Below are positions 1 to 35,138 of a stretch of 64,000 nucleotides of DNA, piece after piece (position 1 is the first letter of the stretch; the number at the start of each line of letters is the position of its first letter). The stretch is from assembly GCA_963693365.1 (NCBI GenBank), contig CAVNZM010000001.1, positions 15,052,418-15,116,417 on the forward strand. Direction: 5' to 3'. A program made the position numbers and the translations under genes. The notes under the pieces are model-generated. The model was not told the DNA's origin. It was given only the letters and a program-made list of their open reading frames with translations, and made no database searches. The DNA comes from Amoebidium appalachense (taxonomy: Eukaryota > Protista > Ichthyosporea).

Positions 1-1343
1 CTTATGTGCTTATTGAATTTCAGCGCGAGATAGGATACTCTAGCAGCTATTGGGACCAGACCATATATCGAGAGCGTTACAGGCCCAGGTTTACAACAGT
101 TGTTAGATAGAAAGGAGGCAACTTCTGCTTCAAGGAAATTTGCCAAGGGTTTAAGCGCTCTAGTTCTCTCTTTCTTGATCCAAGCGGCGAGAAGGGGTAA
201 ACCATATTCACATGCCGGGAAGACAAAAGTGCGAATAAATGTAAGTCTGATAGAAGGATGGAGGGGTGTGTCTTTAAAAATATTAGCCGAGAAGAAAGCT
301 AACCGCTTACGAGCCAACTCTACCCTCTTTTCGACCATATGGGGAAACATAACATCAACAGAATCAACCGGACCTACATCGAACAATCTTTGCAGGCGTC
401 TAGGGGTACGGGCAAGGAGGGACAGATCATCAGCATAGAGAAGTGCAGGCGGAAAGTTATTAATAGGGTCATCGTTTTCGGCGTAAATCTTGACAGCCAA
501 ATCATCTATAAATAGGTTAAACAAAAAGGGGCTAAGCAATGAACCCTGCAAGAGACCTCTAGTACGAGCAAAACCATATGAAAGATGCCCATTAACCACA
601 GCTCTACCATAGGTTTGAGACAAGAGTGCTTCTAACAGAACACCAATGCAGTGTGGTACACCCCGTGCAGCAAGCTTTTCCCATAGGAGACCAGGGGAAA
701 CAGAATCGTAAGCAGTTTTCCAATCAATAAAGCCAACATATCGTGCACCAACTTGCATAGAATCGTGCAGTGCCATTATTTGAACATAACATGAATTGTT
801 TTTACGAAAAGCGGATTGGCATGGGTGTATGTGAAGAATAGATTGAAACCTAGGGTGATGTGCAAATAACCTAAGTAAGCAAGCTTCAAAGAATCTACGA
901 ACAACCTGGGTTAGTGTAATGGGGCGAAAGGATGATATGGGGCCCTCAGAGTCCTTCTTAACTATGGGGATCACTAAGGTATCTAACCAAGATGACGGGA
1001 CATGTCCACATTTAACACACCAAGAAAAGAGAGAGCTTAACATGATAGTAAGATCAGGTTTAATAGCACGATCACTTTCCTTTTGTGGGTAGGAGGGAAC
1101 AAGGATTTTAAGAAACCCAGCAGGGAGTCCATCAGGTCCACAAGACTTACTAGAGCTATAACTAGATATCACAGACCATATGGCATCGGGACTGAAAAAG
1201 GGGAGGATCGATTCTATGGGGATAGATGGGTCTACAGGCCACACAATAGGTTTCTGAGCGGGGGTCCTATCTTTAAACAGTTCCGAGAAATACTTATCAG
1301 GGGCACAAGTACATACGACAGGAGGGAATTGACAGTGGCCACC
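1..1343 (-). mobile_element. 5'-truncated non-LTR retrotransposon (LINE) ORF2, reverse transcriptase region; runs off the left edge
   Basis: Manual minus-strand translation is stop-free to position 1. Motifs: KSCGPDG, VPSSWLDTLVIPIVKK, FRPITL, QSAFR, FIDWKTAYDSV, RGLLQGSLLSPFLFNLFIDDL, LLYADD, EYGLPLLA. Homologous to the LINE ORF2 at 58.7-61.3 kb. Absent from the ORF track, presumably because it has no in-window stop. Confidence 0.93.
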
Positions 1344-1567
1344 GTTAGGAGGGGGCGGAGCTTGGGGGGAGAGAGGGGCTGCTGGGGGGGGGGGGAAGGG
1401 GGGGGGGGGGGGGGCTGGAGGGGGGGGGAGGGGGGAGGGGGAGGGGGAGGAGGGGAAGAGTGTGGTGGTGGTGGTGGTGGTGGTGGGTGGGTGGGGGAGG
1501 GGGGGGGGGGGGGGGAGATTGTGGTGATGGTTGAGGGGCATAGGGCGGGAGGGGGGAGGGAGGGGGG

Positions 1568-1618
<51 letters not shown>

Positions 1619-3005
1619 CGCAGCTGTCGAAGGACATGTAGTCTCCTGCCCAAAAATACTTCAAGGTGTACCGAAGTTTCGCTGAGCATGATTCGATGAC
1701 GACATGATGATGAGCCAATCAATAGTGTGCTGCCTAAAACAATTTGTTATTATTAGCTTTATATGGAAATAGTATTCCAAAAATATGTAAGGATTAGCCA
1801 TATGATTGGCGCACCTTATCGCATTGTTGAGACCTCGAGCTTTTTACAATAGGCTTGTTGAGTTGCAGACTTCCAGTAGCTCAGTTTTCACCTTTCAACT
1901 TCCTCTCCCGTGTCGCTCCTCATTTTTTCCCTTAGAGAATTAGCACCTGCTAATATTTGTTATGCAGTCACTTTCACTAATCGCTCTCATCAAGTTTTTA
2001 CTCTACAACTTCTTTGCCTTTTCTACCTTTGGTTGGTTGGTATTTTTATGACCTTCCTCCCCGTAGTCGGTGACCCCCGCATATGAAGCCCTAGGTAAAC
2101 GTGTTGGCCCGACTTCCAACTTTTCATAAGTGTGAGAGCGGAAGGAAGGAGTGGTGAGCAGGAGGTACGTTGTTTACCATAAGCCCTTTGGCACCCAAAT
2201 TTCTCGTTGAGAAAGAAATTGCCTGGAAGATAACTACGTTTAGTGAAGGAGTTTGTTTTGTAAAGCTTCGTGCAGCGCAACGTTGGCAAGAGAGGAAAAG
2301 AGATCTGCTCCTGTTGAAAGGTATGTGACCATTCTCCCTCTGTGGATGTTGTTGTACGTCAGTGTTATGCTTCCATAACATCTGATGCAAGCGAAAAAGA
2401 CCGAAAACAGAGCACGATAGAAGGATGTTCACAGAACAGGCACACACAGCAAGCAAGGGTGTGCAAGGACCAAAGAAAAACCCAGGTGTCAGAAACATAC
2501 ACGCACCAACCCACACACACACAAAGACAAGTGAAGGGCACACACAATCACACACACACGCACAAAAGCCTCACATTCATGCCCACTTTTACAGAGAGAT
2601 GCATACATACATTCACACACACACATCTCTACTTACGACACGCACACTTCTATCTCGCTTTCACATAGACACACGAAAACACAGACATGAATACATTCAC
2701 ACACACATACACAGGCACACACACCACCACCGCCCTCGCAGACACACACGAGAACACACACTAACATCCACACGAGAACACACACCAACATCCCCACTTT
2801 CCTCCCCTTCACCCCCCCCCCCCCCCCCCCCCTTCTCCCCTTCTTCACACCTGCCTTTCCTCTTCCGCTCCGTAAACATATTTATCACACACTGGTGTGC
2901 CGAAAAGGAGTACCCAAGCAAGCTGTAAACCAAGACCCCAGCTCACCAATCACGCAGGCCTTCCACGGCTCTCATATCGGCTGGGCCTGGCCTGTATAGT
3001 GGGCC

Positions 3006-24579
<21,574 letters not shown>

Positions 24580-25432
24580 ATCTGAAAATCGAACCCATTG
24601 TGAGCCCATATGCATAGTGTGTATTCCTTATTGTCCCCCCCCCCCCCCCCCCCCCCAACCCCAAATGCACACGTGTACACATCCAGGTGTCTTACTCGCA
24701 CTACTTGTCATGTAGCCAGGTCTGAGAAAGACAAGACACTGGCACATTCATGTGTGCACGTGCAGGCGCATATATGCATACGTGCAGGCACGGGGGCACA
24801 AGTTGGACACAGCTCAGTCTGGCACATGCACAAAAGTTTACACAGGCCAAAACCACACAGACTCACGGACGCGCTCATCACTGAGTATCATTTGCTCCAA
24901 GCGCGCATACATTCGACAGCGTGCACAATCATACAATGTTGCACACTTTCTCTGGGTCCCTGTTTCTCTTTCATTCCCCGTTCGGCCCTCCCTCCCTCCC
25001 CCCCCCCCCCCCCCCCCCCCCCCCGCCTCCCTTTCCTTCTGGCGAATACACGTGCACGTGCATGCACACCTCGGATACACGCGCATACACGCAGCGCCAA
25101 CCAAACAGCTACACGCACACACGCATACACACAAATACATTCACTGTCGATGCCTACACATACGTGTGCACATGTGAGTGGGCAAAGGCGACACAGGCGC
25201 AGTCACTGCATAAAAAACATCCGGGGACGCCCACGATACCACACACAGTATATATGGGGCACACAAATCACACACCCAAGCACGGGAGCTCACGTGCGCA
25301 CAATGTCCGGAACACATGTATGTACACATACACACAGTCGTGTGCGCGCACACGCACACAGACACATGTGCACACGCATGCATTACATGGACTCGCGTGC
25401 GCATGGACGTGCTTGTGCGCACGCACACGCAC

Positions 25433-25467
<35 letters not shown>

Positions 25468-25750
25468 GTGGCTCGTGCACAAAAAGCACTAGCAGGCATC
25501 CCACACGTGGGGCATGGTGAAATCGCTCTGTATTCCTGAAATCATTGGCCAAACCGCACGATTGTCACACACAACATGCAAACACGGGTTACTGGCACAC
25601 GAATTCGAAGTACATAGTATGTAGTCAGCACAATAATGTTGGGGTTGGCAATGCCTCCATGAAAATTTGAATTACAAATTTTAAATTCGGACGAATAAGA
25701 TTCATGATCATCATGGTTGCTAGGGCTAGGGTGTTTTTCTTTTCTTTTTC

Positions 25751-25781
<31 letters not shown>

Positions 25782-25785
25782 TTCT

Positions 25786-25845
<60 letters not shown>

Positions 25846-27792
25846 TTAACTCATTAACTTGGAGAAGGGGGACTGAGCGGAAGGGGGCCATCACCTTCCG
25901 GCCAGCCCGGGAGTGGGAAGGGGGAAGGGGAAGTGGGGGGATCCGGAGGGGGGGACACTGTGGGACTCCGAGGTCTGATACAGGTGCATATGCATGTGGG
26001 GGGGAGAGGGGGGGGGGGGGGGGGGGAGACTTTTTTCTACAACCCCCCACCCAGCCCCCGGCCCGCCAGCCCCCACGTACCCTATATACTATTTCAATTG
26101 CAAATCTATGAACCCTTATCATTAGAAAGCCCAATCGCAATGGGGATAGATGGTGAGAAACCTGCTTGCAAACATGTACTATCAAATGCACGTTGCACGT
26201 GTATTAAACGACACATCCACCACAATGCATTGCTGTGTGGCCATGATGACCATGCAAGGCCAGTGCACTACTGCCCCAATGCACAACACCGACTCGAGGG
26301 TACTCGTTGCATACTGATCAGCACTGTTAGCACCCTAGCACGCCCTGCGGACTCTCTTGATGACATGCTAAAAGCTTATCACCCGTGCACCTGTGCCCAC
26401 TCGAATATTCGGTATGTCACAGTGGTCAAGTTCACCGAGAACCTGATGTGTTGTCACCATGCACAATCATTGCACATCATCACGAAACGAAGGCAAACAA
26501 GACCGTTTTGCTTCCAATTGCAAGCATGTGTCGTGCGTGCGTCTTGCACAGTGCGCCGCAGCTGCAGGCCCCGCCATCCATCCCAATCCGAAGGAGTGTG
26601 TATTGGATTGGTGTCTACTTTAGTAGTCTAGACAACTACACCTACACTTATATGTGCCTCAACATATTGCTATCGTTGACTCCAAAAGTGGGGCATACAT
26701 AGAGACCAAGCGTGTGCCGTGCAGCCGTGTGTCGCGTAGCCCTGGAAGTGGGCATCTGCACGTGAAGGATAAAGGTAGATGCCCACGCTCCGTTGTACAA
26801 TGCATTAGCGAATCATCCGGTTCAAGATGTGGCTGAATCTGATTGGTTACTGTTAAACAATGACAGCAAATCAGGAAAGACTTAAAGAGATGCACCAATC
26901 AGCAATAGCTTGACATGGATCACATGAACCGGTACCGTCTTGACGGGTCACGACTCACGGCTGTGATGAGTAGGCTACTCAATGACATGACTCATGAGTC
27001 ATGAGGAGACTGAGCTCGAGGAGGGCTATGGTTTTTTTTTTTTAACAACAGAGGCATAAGCATAACATATCAGAACATACAGAGTAATTTCATTTCTTTT
27101 GATGTAACCCGCAGTTTTGTGCCCCGCCGAACGTATTTCGATCATATAATGGTGATCTCGTATTGGTTGCAAAACTGAGCACTGGTATACATTGTACTCC
27201 GCCCGGGCGGCCCCGTTTCAAGGAGGCTCCGGCCAGCGGGGACCTGTTTCTACACCATAACCCTGCGCCAAAAGACCGAACGCAGTAATTGATATTCACT
27301 CTCTACGTCATGAAATGGAGAAAACATTGCAGTAATAGTCTGCGTAGGTAGCTCCCCTTTCAAGCTGCCATGAATTCTGGAACGGCGAACTGTCGATGCT
27401 CGATTCAGGTGAAGTCACACAAAAATCTAGAAGATCTAAATGGCGCCACTCAGAACGCACTACTCCCGTGCTTCTATTGCTTCGTTATGTCCGCCAATCA
27501 ATTCAGGCTTGGATGATTGGATCAACGCATTTGTCGCCCAGGAATTTTCTAGAGCAGCCCACGGATATTCTGAATCTCAGCAAGTTGTGTCTGAGTTTAT
27601 GTCCCTAAAACAAGCCAGCTTAAAGCACAAATTAAAAGAATATAAGAAATGAATACACCAAGATCTTTTAAGTTATATGTAGTGGGTACTCTGTATGATT
27701 GCTGCTACCCACTTTACGTGGCTTCAAAGGTAGCACGAAAAGTGCGGGGCGAAAGCATGCAAGGAGCAACCTTTCATGTGATCACAGCACGC

Positions 27793-27830
27793 TGATTGGT
27801 CAAAACCTATTCGTGACCAGTATATAAAGG
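27793..27830 (+). promoter_or_regulatory. Putative core promoter of the intronless gene (reverse CCAAT plus TATA)
   Basis: GATTGG at ~27793 and TATATAAAG at ~27821, followed by an A-rich leader to the ATG at 27991. Confidence 0.4.
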
Positions 27831-27990
27831 AAGTCTAAATGTCGTCATGACCGTACACCACAGAAACAGAAACAATTGAAGAATCGAAACATAATGACCG
27901 CCGTTTATGTAACAAAGAGCGAAAACAAACACAACGCGTACGTGAAATCTATAACAATAATAACACAAGGAAAAACATAGAAGTGACAAA

Positions 27991-29142
27991 ATGATGAGCG
28001 TAGGAAATACAAAGGAAATGTGTCCCCTGACAGACAGCATGGGTGGTACCCAACCCAGCCCTCTTTCTCTTTCTCCATCCAACCTCATGAATGCGCTCCT
28101 AAACCTCTTCCCAGGTTTTTCGTTTGACACATCGAACATCATTATACAGATAGACGATGATGATTGTACGGAAAAGGGCACAAATCTCTTTTTACACACA
28201 TACTCGCGAGATGAGGTGGAGAGGATAGTTCTTGACACACCTAAGGTGCAAGAAAAACTGGGCGCTCTTGGCTTTCACAACCTTCTTGTGCAAATAGACA
28301 CCACGGACAATTTCGTGCACCACATTTACCTTTACGATACTGGGCTACATGACATTAAACCACCATCAAACAACATTGCCCCACGTTCTCTGCGCGACCA
28401 TGAACAAGAGGGCAGGCGTCTTTCCATCGGCGCATACGATTGCCTTCTTATGGAGCTTTCCCTTCGCCCAAAGGACACCATTACAGGTTTTGTAGCCATT
28501 CGAGGCCGCCACGCCGACCCCTGCACGAGAAAAATCATTCAGTCAATGGGCGCGTTGCCACAACTAAACCTTTTGGACGTTGAATGGCTCCTTTTGCAAG
28601 ACCCCACACGCGAATTTGCACCCAACGAACAGCCCCTACCCGGACAGAAATACCCAGGCCTGCACCTTGGAAAAGAGATTGGCGAAATGATTAGCCGCCA
28701 AGCGATGCAAGAGGGGAGGGATGCTATCGTTAACAACCCCCTTTATTTCCACAACGCCGTCATGTATGCGCACGGCGGCTGCACGTTCGTCAATCCCGAG
28801 TTTGAGGGTGTTTTCCAGTCTCTCTGCGCCGACTTGATGCCGTACTTGCTTGACCCCAAGTTGGGCCTAGCTGTCGTTTCCCGCGCTATTTACCACGGTC
28901 GTCTCGTGCACAAAGCGACGGGAAAACGTGTGAAGTGGGTGGCACAGGAGCAGCTTCTCCCCTTCTCGTCGCGTCTTCGTAATATTCTCACGAACAGTGA
29001 CTATAAGAGCGTAAAGGCGAAGTATTACCAGAAGGGAACGTTTGACATCGACTGGGAGGGGTCACCGATTTCAACGGAGGAGGATTGGGAACAGGCCGTT
29101 CCCATAGGTGACGTTGCTGCACTTATGGAGTCTTGCAAGTGA
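27991..29142 (+). CDS. Intronless 383-aa protein resembling the uncharacterised domain found C-terminal to some bacterial histone deacetylase/AcuC-like proteins (possibly GNAT-like)
   Basis: Clean high-complexity ORF with no microsatellites. The motif run VEWLLLQDP..F....PLPGQKYPGL.LG....G.DA+VN.P.YFHNAVMY...FVNP..EG.F..L..DL matches that family from recall, not from a search. Confidence 0.8.
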   Translation: MMSVGNTKEMCPLTDSMGGTQPSPLSLSPSNLMNALLNLFPGFSFDTSNIIIQIDDDDCTEKGTNLFLHTYSRDEVERIVLDTPKVQEKLGALGFHNLLVQIDTTDNFVHHIYLYDTGLHDIKPPSNNIAPRSLRDHEQEGRRLSIGAYDCLLMELSLRPKDTITGFVAIRGRHADPCTRKIIQSMGALPQLNLLDVEWLLLQDPTREFAPNEQPLPGQKYPGLHLGKEIGEMISRQAMQEGRDAIVNNPLYFHNAVMYAHGGCTFVNPEFEGVFQSLCADLMPYLLDPKLGLAVVSRAIYHGRLVHKATGKRVKWVAQEQLLPFSSRLRNILTNSDYKSVKAKYYQKGTFDIDWEGSPISTEEDWEQAVPIGDVAALMESCK

Positions 29143-29664
29143 AATTAATGAAAATTGATAATGAAAATTGAAATGAAGGACAAGTTTTTGTTAGCGAATG
29201 AAGGGTTTAATGTAGTTGTTTTCACTTTTTTGCACCTTTCTGATGAAGAGTATACTATGAAAATTAAGGTTCAGGCTAGCGTAAAAATTTTATATGCGAA
29301 TGGGAACACGGCACGTATGAATGAATGTGTGTCAGTCATAGTGCTGTAAGCGATAGTCACTGGTGTTGTCCAACTATAGTTTATATGGCTGCTAGAAAAT
29401 GAGCAAGCCAATAGTGTATTCTATACCGCGGTTTAAAAACCCGGAAAATGAGTGAAAAAAGCAACAGGTGCACTGGTGCACTGTTGTTGAGTGAACAATT
29501 TTTCTAGTAAATGGGCAACTTGATTGCCATAAAATCAACATCGGCGTTGAAGCACTGTGCGTATCATTCGAAATAAAAAACATGAATAGAAAATATGGAT
29601 TATCAACCAAATAGAAAGATACTTCTTGACTTCTACGTTCTCCCCCCTCCCCCCCTCTCCCCTC

Positions 29665-29695
<31 letters not shown>

Positions 29696-29979
29696 AAAAA
29701 GAAAAAAAAGAAAAAAAAGATGGGTGATACACACAAGAATTTGCATGCGGAAAACAGAAGACTGTGCAAGAAAGTCGTGACATTTCCATTACTTTTCCTT
29801 TCCTATTTTTTCCAATCCCCTTAAGACAAATTTTCATTTTTATACTTCAAAAACAAGATTTTTTTATGGCCAAAAAAATTTATCTTGATTTTGCTTGACT
29901 ATATCTTTGTTTCCGTTTCTGTTTAAGTTGCAGCAAGCGTGTGCATGGGAGCGTGTGTGTCCATGTGTGTGTGTCTCGA

Positions 29980-30063
<84 letters not shown>
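29980..30063. repeat. (TGCG)n microsatellite
   Basis: Directly visible. Confidence 0.95.
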
Positions 30064-31799
30064 TGTCTGATTCGTTCGAAAATGCACATGTGTATGTACG
30101 TCATTGCGCGCCTGTGCTTGTGTGTATGTTCGTGGTGTGCATATGTATGTGTGTGCTCATGCATGCGAGTATGCGTGGGGAAGAGAACTTCGTATCACAC
30201 AGAGAAAATTTCTTCTTGACTTGTCGGCCGTTTTCCTTTTTTTGTGTGTTGATGAGTTCACCGCAGAAGTCTTAATTGCCAGCGTGTACGTGGGTGCTCA
30301 TTTGTGTTTCAGTTAACGGTACATGCATGTGCATTTACACCATAATTCGTTCACATGACTAGCTCATTTGGTATGTGTGTGCTCTGTTCCCTAGCATTTT
30401 GGGTTCAAATTATTCCGAAATTCAATGTGACCATTAATGTGCCGTTACAAGGAGGATTGGCCTTCTGTGACCTTCTGTTTTTAAATTCTCCAGCAGCAGT
30501 GTCGTTGTCCCACTGTAACTGTCCGTGCACACACTCTCTCCGTGCTTTAACGACACAAACGTGCTCAAAACGTATCCCTCCCCCCTCCCCCCCCCCCCAC
30601 CACCACCACCCGCTCCCCCCCCCCCCCCCCCCCCCCTCCCCCCTTTCCTCCTTTTTTTTCCTGATGACACGGACGTAGTACGTTGTAGTTTTTTTTTTTT
30701 TTTTTTTTTTGTACGCTGGATAGATGGGTGTTTGGGGGGGGGGAGAGGAAGACCGGGGGGTTGGGGGAGGGGGGGGAGGACCCCGCGCAGGGGGGGGGGG
30801 GGGGGGGGGGGAGGGGGTAAGCAGGCGGGCTCAGAGAGGGGGGTTGGGGTGGTTGGGGAAAGGGGGAGGAAGAGTTTGGGGGGGGGGGAGAGGGATGGCT
30901 GTGATAAGCAGCACAGTTTCTCTGCACTCGTGTGTGGGACCGGTTAGATATTTCTCGATGTCTTCAAACTTATTCTCAAGACAAAAAATTTCATGCTGCT
31001 TTCAAGGGAACAGTGTACCCGGATTCCCGGATGCACTATTCCTTTTTTCTTTTTTCTTTTTTTTTTTTTTTTTTTTTTTTTGCCTTTTCCCTTCTTGGAT
31101 TCAGTTTCATCCAGATTAGGTTGTTCCCCAGGCGAGTGTTTGCCCGAATGAGCTGCTGAGCCGCTTTTATGTGGTGGTTGTGGTGTGTGTGGGTCGGTGG
31201 CGGTGCATGTGCAGAACATCAGGGCAGGTTGGCATGCGGGAGGAGAGGGTGAGGGGGTGGTGGGGCTTTGAAATACAAAGACCGTGGCGATTTCATTTAT
31301 TCGCTACTATATAAGGGCCACGTCAGATTATATGGAATCGTAGTATTTAGTTGTTGACTGGATGAGGTGAAGCCTTAACAGCTGAAGCCGGGGGACTCCG
31401 GGAGGTTTCATTTTATCCCCCTCCTCCCCCCCTCCCCCCTCCCCCCTCTCCCCTCTCTCCCCCCATCCCCACCTTCCGCCGTCTCTTAAATATTCGTGTA
31501 CATGTGCATCATATTGGCGTGCACGGGCAGAAAAAGCCCGTTTGCAGCTAGCAGAAGCCTGCATGATATAAAAGGAAATATCAACGAAAAATGAGCTATT
31601 TAAGCTTCGTACTTGCATTCACATCCGTTTTTAAAAGGAAATTCCGATGGTTGCCTGTCTTTCCTGCTATATTCCATTTTTAAGTCTGAAATTCGATCGC
31701 AACATCGACAACCACACAGAAAATAGCAGTAATGGCCGGGGAGATTACCAGGCACGGAAAATCAATTTACATCCCACCCTTTAAGGATACTATGATAAC

Positions 31800-32115
31800 C
31801 TAATTCTTGGTTCCGATGGCAACGTAGACCACTAGGCAGTAAATCGTGGAAATTATCAGCGAGATCAGCAGGCACGGGAACCCAACTTTCAACCAATCCA
31901 TGAAGGAAATATGATGCCCCTTGCGCCCAGCCAGTCCTACGGTCACCAGATTGGCCGATGCACCCACCTGAATCGATTTCATCGGTCAGTTATCACGGTC
32001 ATCACGTGCGCCACATGTGTGCCAATTATGTTCGTGTATGCGCGTGTGTGCAGGTAACATGTGTTCATGTATCCCCTTATTTCAGCATGCAAATACTTAG
32101 AAATCACACAAGCCC

Positions 32116-32159
<44 letters not shown>

Positions 32160-32194
32160 CGAGCACACACACATATGTGTTACACACATACGAG

Positions 32195-32236
<42 letters not shown>

Positions 32237-32463
32237 TCACTCACACACTCAAACTCACTCAGACGAAAACACACGCGTACACACACACATCCACACACTT
32301 TAAAAGCACTCAATTCGGCTTCCCTCCTTCACTCCTCGCTCTCTCCTCCTCCCCTGCTTCCCTCCACCCTCCCCTCCCCACCCCAACCCCTTTCCCCCTG
32401 CTCTATCCCTCCCCGTTACAAGGACCCCCCCTCCCCTCCTCTCCAAGCCCCCCTCCCCCCCCC

Positions 32464-32494
<31 letters not shown>

Positions 32495-34683
32495 ACAATT
32501 GGCCCCTTTGGCCCTTTCCAACCCCTCTTCCCCTTGCTCTATCCTCACCCTTTGCAAGGAACCTTCTTCTTCCCCTCTCCGAGCCCCCGTGTTCCCCCTC
32601 CCCCTCCCCGTCCCCGTCCCCCCTCCCCCTCCCCCGCCCCCCCCTCCCCCCCGACACACACACACACACACATCCGATGGGCGGCTTTGAACAGGCTAAT
32701 ACACACACAAGAACACACAAGACACGTACCACTGTGCCGTTGCCACCCAGGCAGGCCCCCAAAGCCAAGGCCCAGGCCAGGGGCTTAAGGGGTAGACCGA
32801 GGGAGGGGTCGGATGCCAGTGACGTCACCACTGGCACCTGCAAATTTACGATATTAGGTGCATTCCATTGCCGTATATGGGTGTTGCCAGACGTGTAACT
32901 CATCAGGGTGTTTCGTTCTATGCAAAGCCCCCCCCGCCCCCCCGCCCCCCCACCCACCCACCCCCCCCCCCCCCCCCTCCCGTTTCACCCACCCCCGGCG
33001 CTCTCCCCCCTCTTCTCCTACCGACGTTTCATCCACACCTTTTCGGCTCATTACTCCCTCATAATTCTTTGAATCGCCAAGGAGGCACCAGATAGTCCGT
33101 TTCTTTGGGCATGTGTATATGTATTGTGGGAAAAGGCGGGGGAGGAGGCACCGGGGGGGGGGGGGGGGGGGGGGGGGAGGGGGGGGAGGGGGGGGGGGGG
33201 GGGGGAAGGGGGGAGGGGGGGGAGGGGGGGAGGGGGGGAGGGGGGAGGGGGGAAGGCCTAATATGCTTCAACCTGATAATTATGTTCCGGGAGAGGGAGG
33301 ATAGAGAAGGAGGGCAGGTTGTGTGCGTGTTTTTGTGGGGGGGGACAATGATCTTAATGCACATACCATAGTGGCGGTGTATGGAATGTTATCGAGAAAT
33401 GCAGACACCAAGCCCGACACCCATAAAAGGATAATCATTGCCACGGCCAATCGCATTTCAGGATCTACTGCCGCCACCCAACTCTTGACTTGATCGCCGA
33501 TCCACCGGATAAGACCCATTTCGGCGAGGCCTGGATGGTGATTGGTCATTAGGTTCTTGAGGAAATTGCATGAAGATGATTGGTTCATAGGTTATTAGGG
33601 AAATGTACATAAAAAACGGAAAAAAGACGTCGCATACCTGAATTCACACGCAAACACATGAACACACATACAAACATAGCAAAAGACTTCCACATACTAC
33701 TATACACACAGACAATCAGACACAAGCGCGCGCACGTACCGACGCCACACACACGTACACACGCAAACACACACAAACACAAACACAATCACAGACTTAC
33801 CCACTGTGTACATCCCCGGGGCATACACACAGGCAGAAACCCTCCCCACCCCCCCACCGGTACCCCCCCCCTTCCCCCTTACCCGCCCACCAAAACACAG
33901 GTTGACGCACACACAACACACATGCATGCCTTCCGCCCACCCATTTGCACATGCATAAACATGCACACACACACCCCGACCCACTGTCGCGCACGCCGCT
34001 GCAACCGTCAACAACTCACTCTCCGTTTACTCGCCACCAAAACGTCACCTTGTACGACCAAGTACCTAATACATTTTTGATTCCGAAGTCTATTATTATT
34101 TGCCTCGAATTTTCTTTGGTGATGGTGGGGTAGAGAAGAGGTGGAGCAGGGGTGGGGTGGCTGTGCGTGTGTGTGTGTGTTGGGGGGGGGGGGGGGGGGG
34201 GGGGAGGGGGGAGGGAGTGGAGGGCGGGAGAAAGGGGGGGGGGGGGAGGGGGGGCTGTACCTTCAATCATTATAAACAGTGCAGCAAAGAAGCACAAAGT
34301 GTCCCATTCGACGTGCTCCAAAGCCTCAGCGATGGAATGCTGTGACACTATTAATAGCATCAGCACGGCGCCCATTAAAGCAACGTACGATATGTTGACG
34401 TGGTGGATTGGCTCGGTGAAGAAAAGGATGAGAACGACGAAGAATACGGTCCCTGTCTTTAAGAGCAGGAACGGGTCACGGATGGTGCATTCGTGCTGCA
34501 CGTGCGCAAAGTTCTCGATGGTTATTGGCTGCCTGTCATGTGTATGGGATGGGGTTAAGCGTGTGTATGTGTGCGTCTGTGTAACCCATTATGATAGGAA
34601 TGTCATTTTCGCGGGGATGGATTGTGCAAAAAAAAATTAATGAGTGTTATTGCTTTTTTTTTTTTTTTTTTTTTTTGTTTGTT

Positions 34684-34755
<72 letters not shown>

Positions 34756-34804
34756 GGGGGGGGAGGGGAGGGGGGAGGGAGGGCTGGTGGGGGTGGGGGT
34801 GTGT

Positions 34805-34835
<31 letters not shown>

Positions 34836-35107
34836 GGGGGGGGGGGATGTTAGGAGAAGATGTGGTTGGTGGTGTGAGTGGATAGGTAGGTGGGTGGGAC
34901 TAAGGGGACTCTCATAAAGCTGAGATGGGCAAGGGAGGGAGGTATTCAATTGAACACGGTCTAGCCTGTCGTTTGTTTTTCGCTTTTTTTTTTTTTTTTT
35001 TTTTTTGGGGGGGGGGGGGGAGGAGGAGGAGGAGGGGTGAGGGGGTTTTTTTTTTTTGGGGGGGGGGGGGGGGAGACTGAGAGTCCCCGGCGTGGGTGGG
35101 TGGAGGG

Positions 35108-35138
<31 letters not shown>

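Noticed and set aside
1345-1620. G-rich block as a specific G-quadruplex or telomere-like element
   Set aside because: No fixed repeat unit. Similar G/C runs are ubiquitous in the window and their lengths are likely unreliable.
100-1685. Plus-strand ORFs 100-438 and 1083-1685
   Set aside because: They are antisense to the LINE RT frame or run through low-complexity G tracts.
25933-26900. Cys/His-rich ORFs in higher-complexity intergenic sequence
   Set aside because: No motif or consistent exon structure was found in the frames examined; possibly an old TE relic.
27440-27652. 70-aa ORF upstream of the intronless gene
   Set aside because: Short, with no recognisable domain or splice support.
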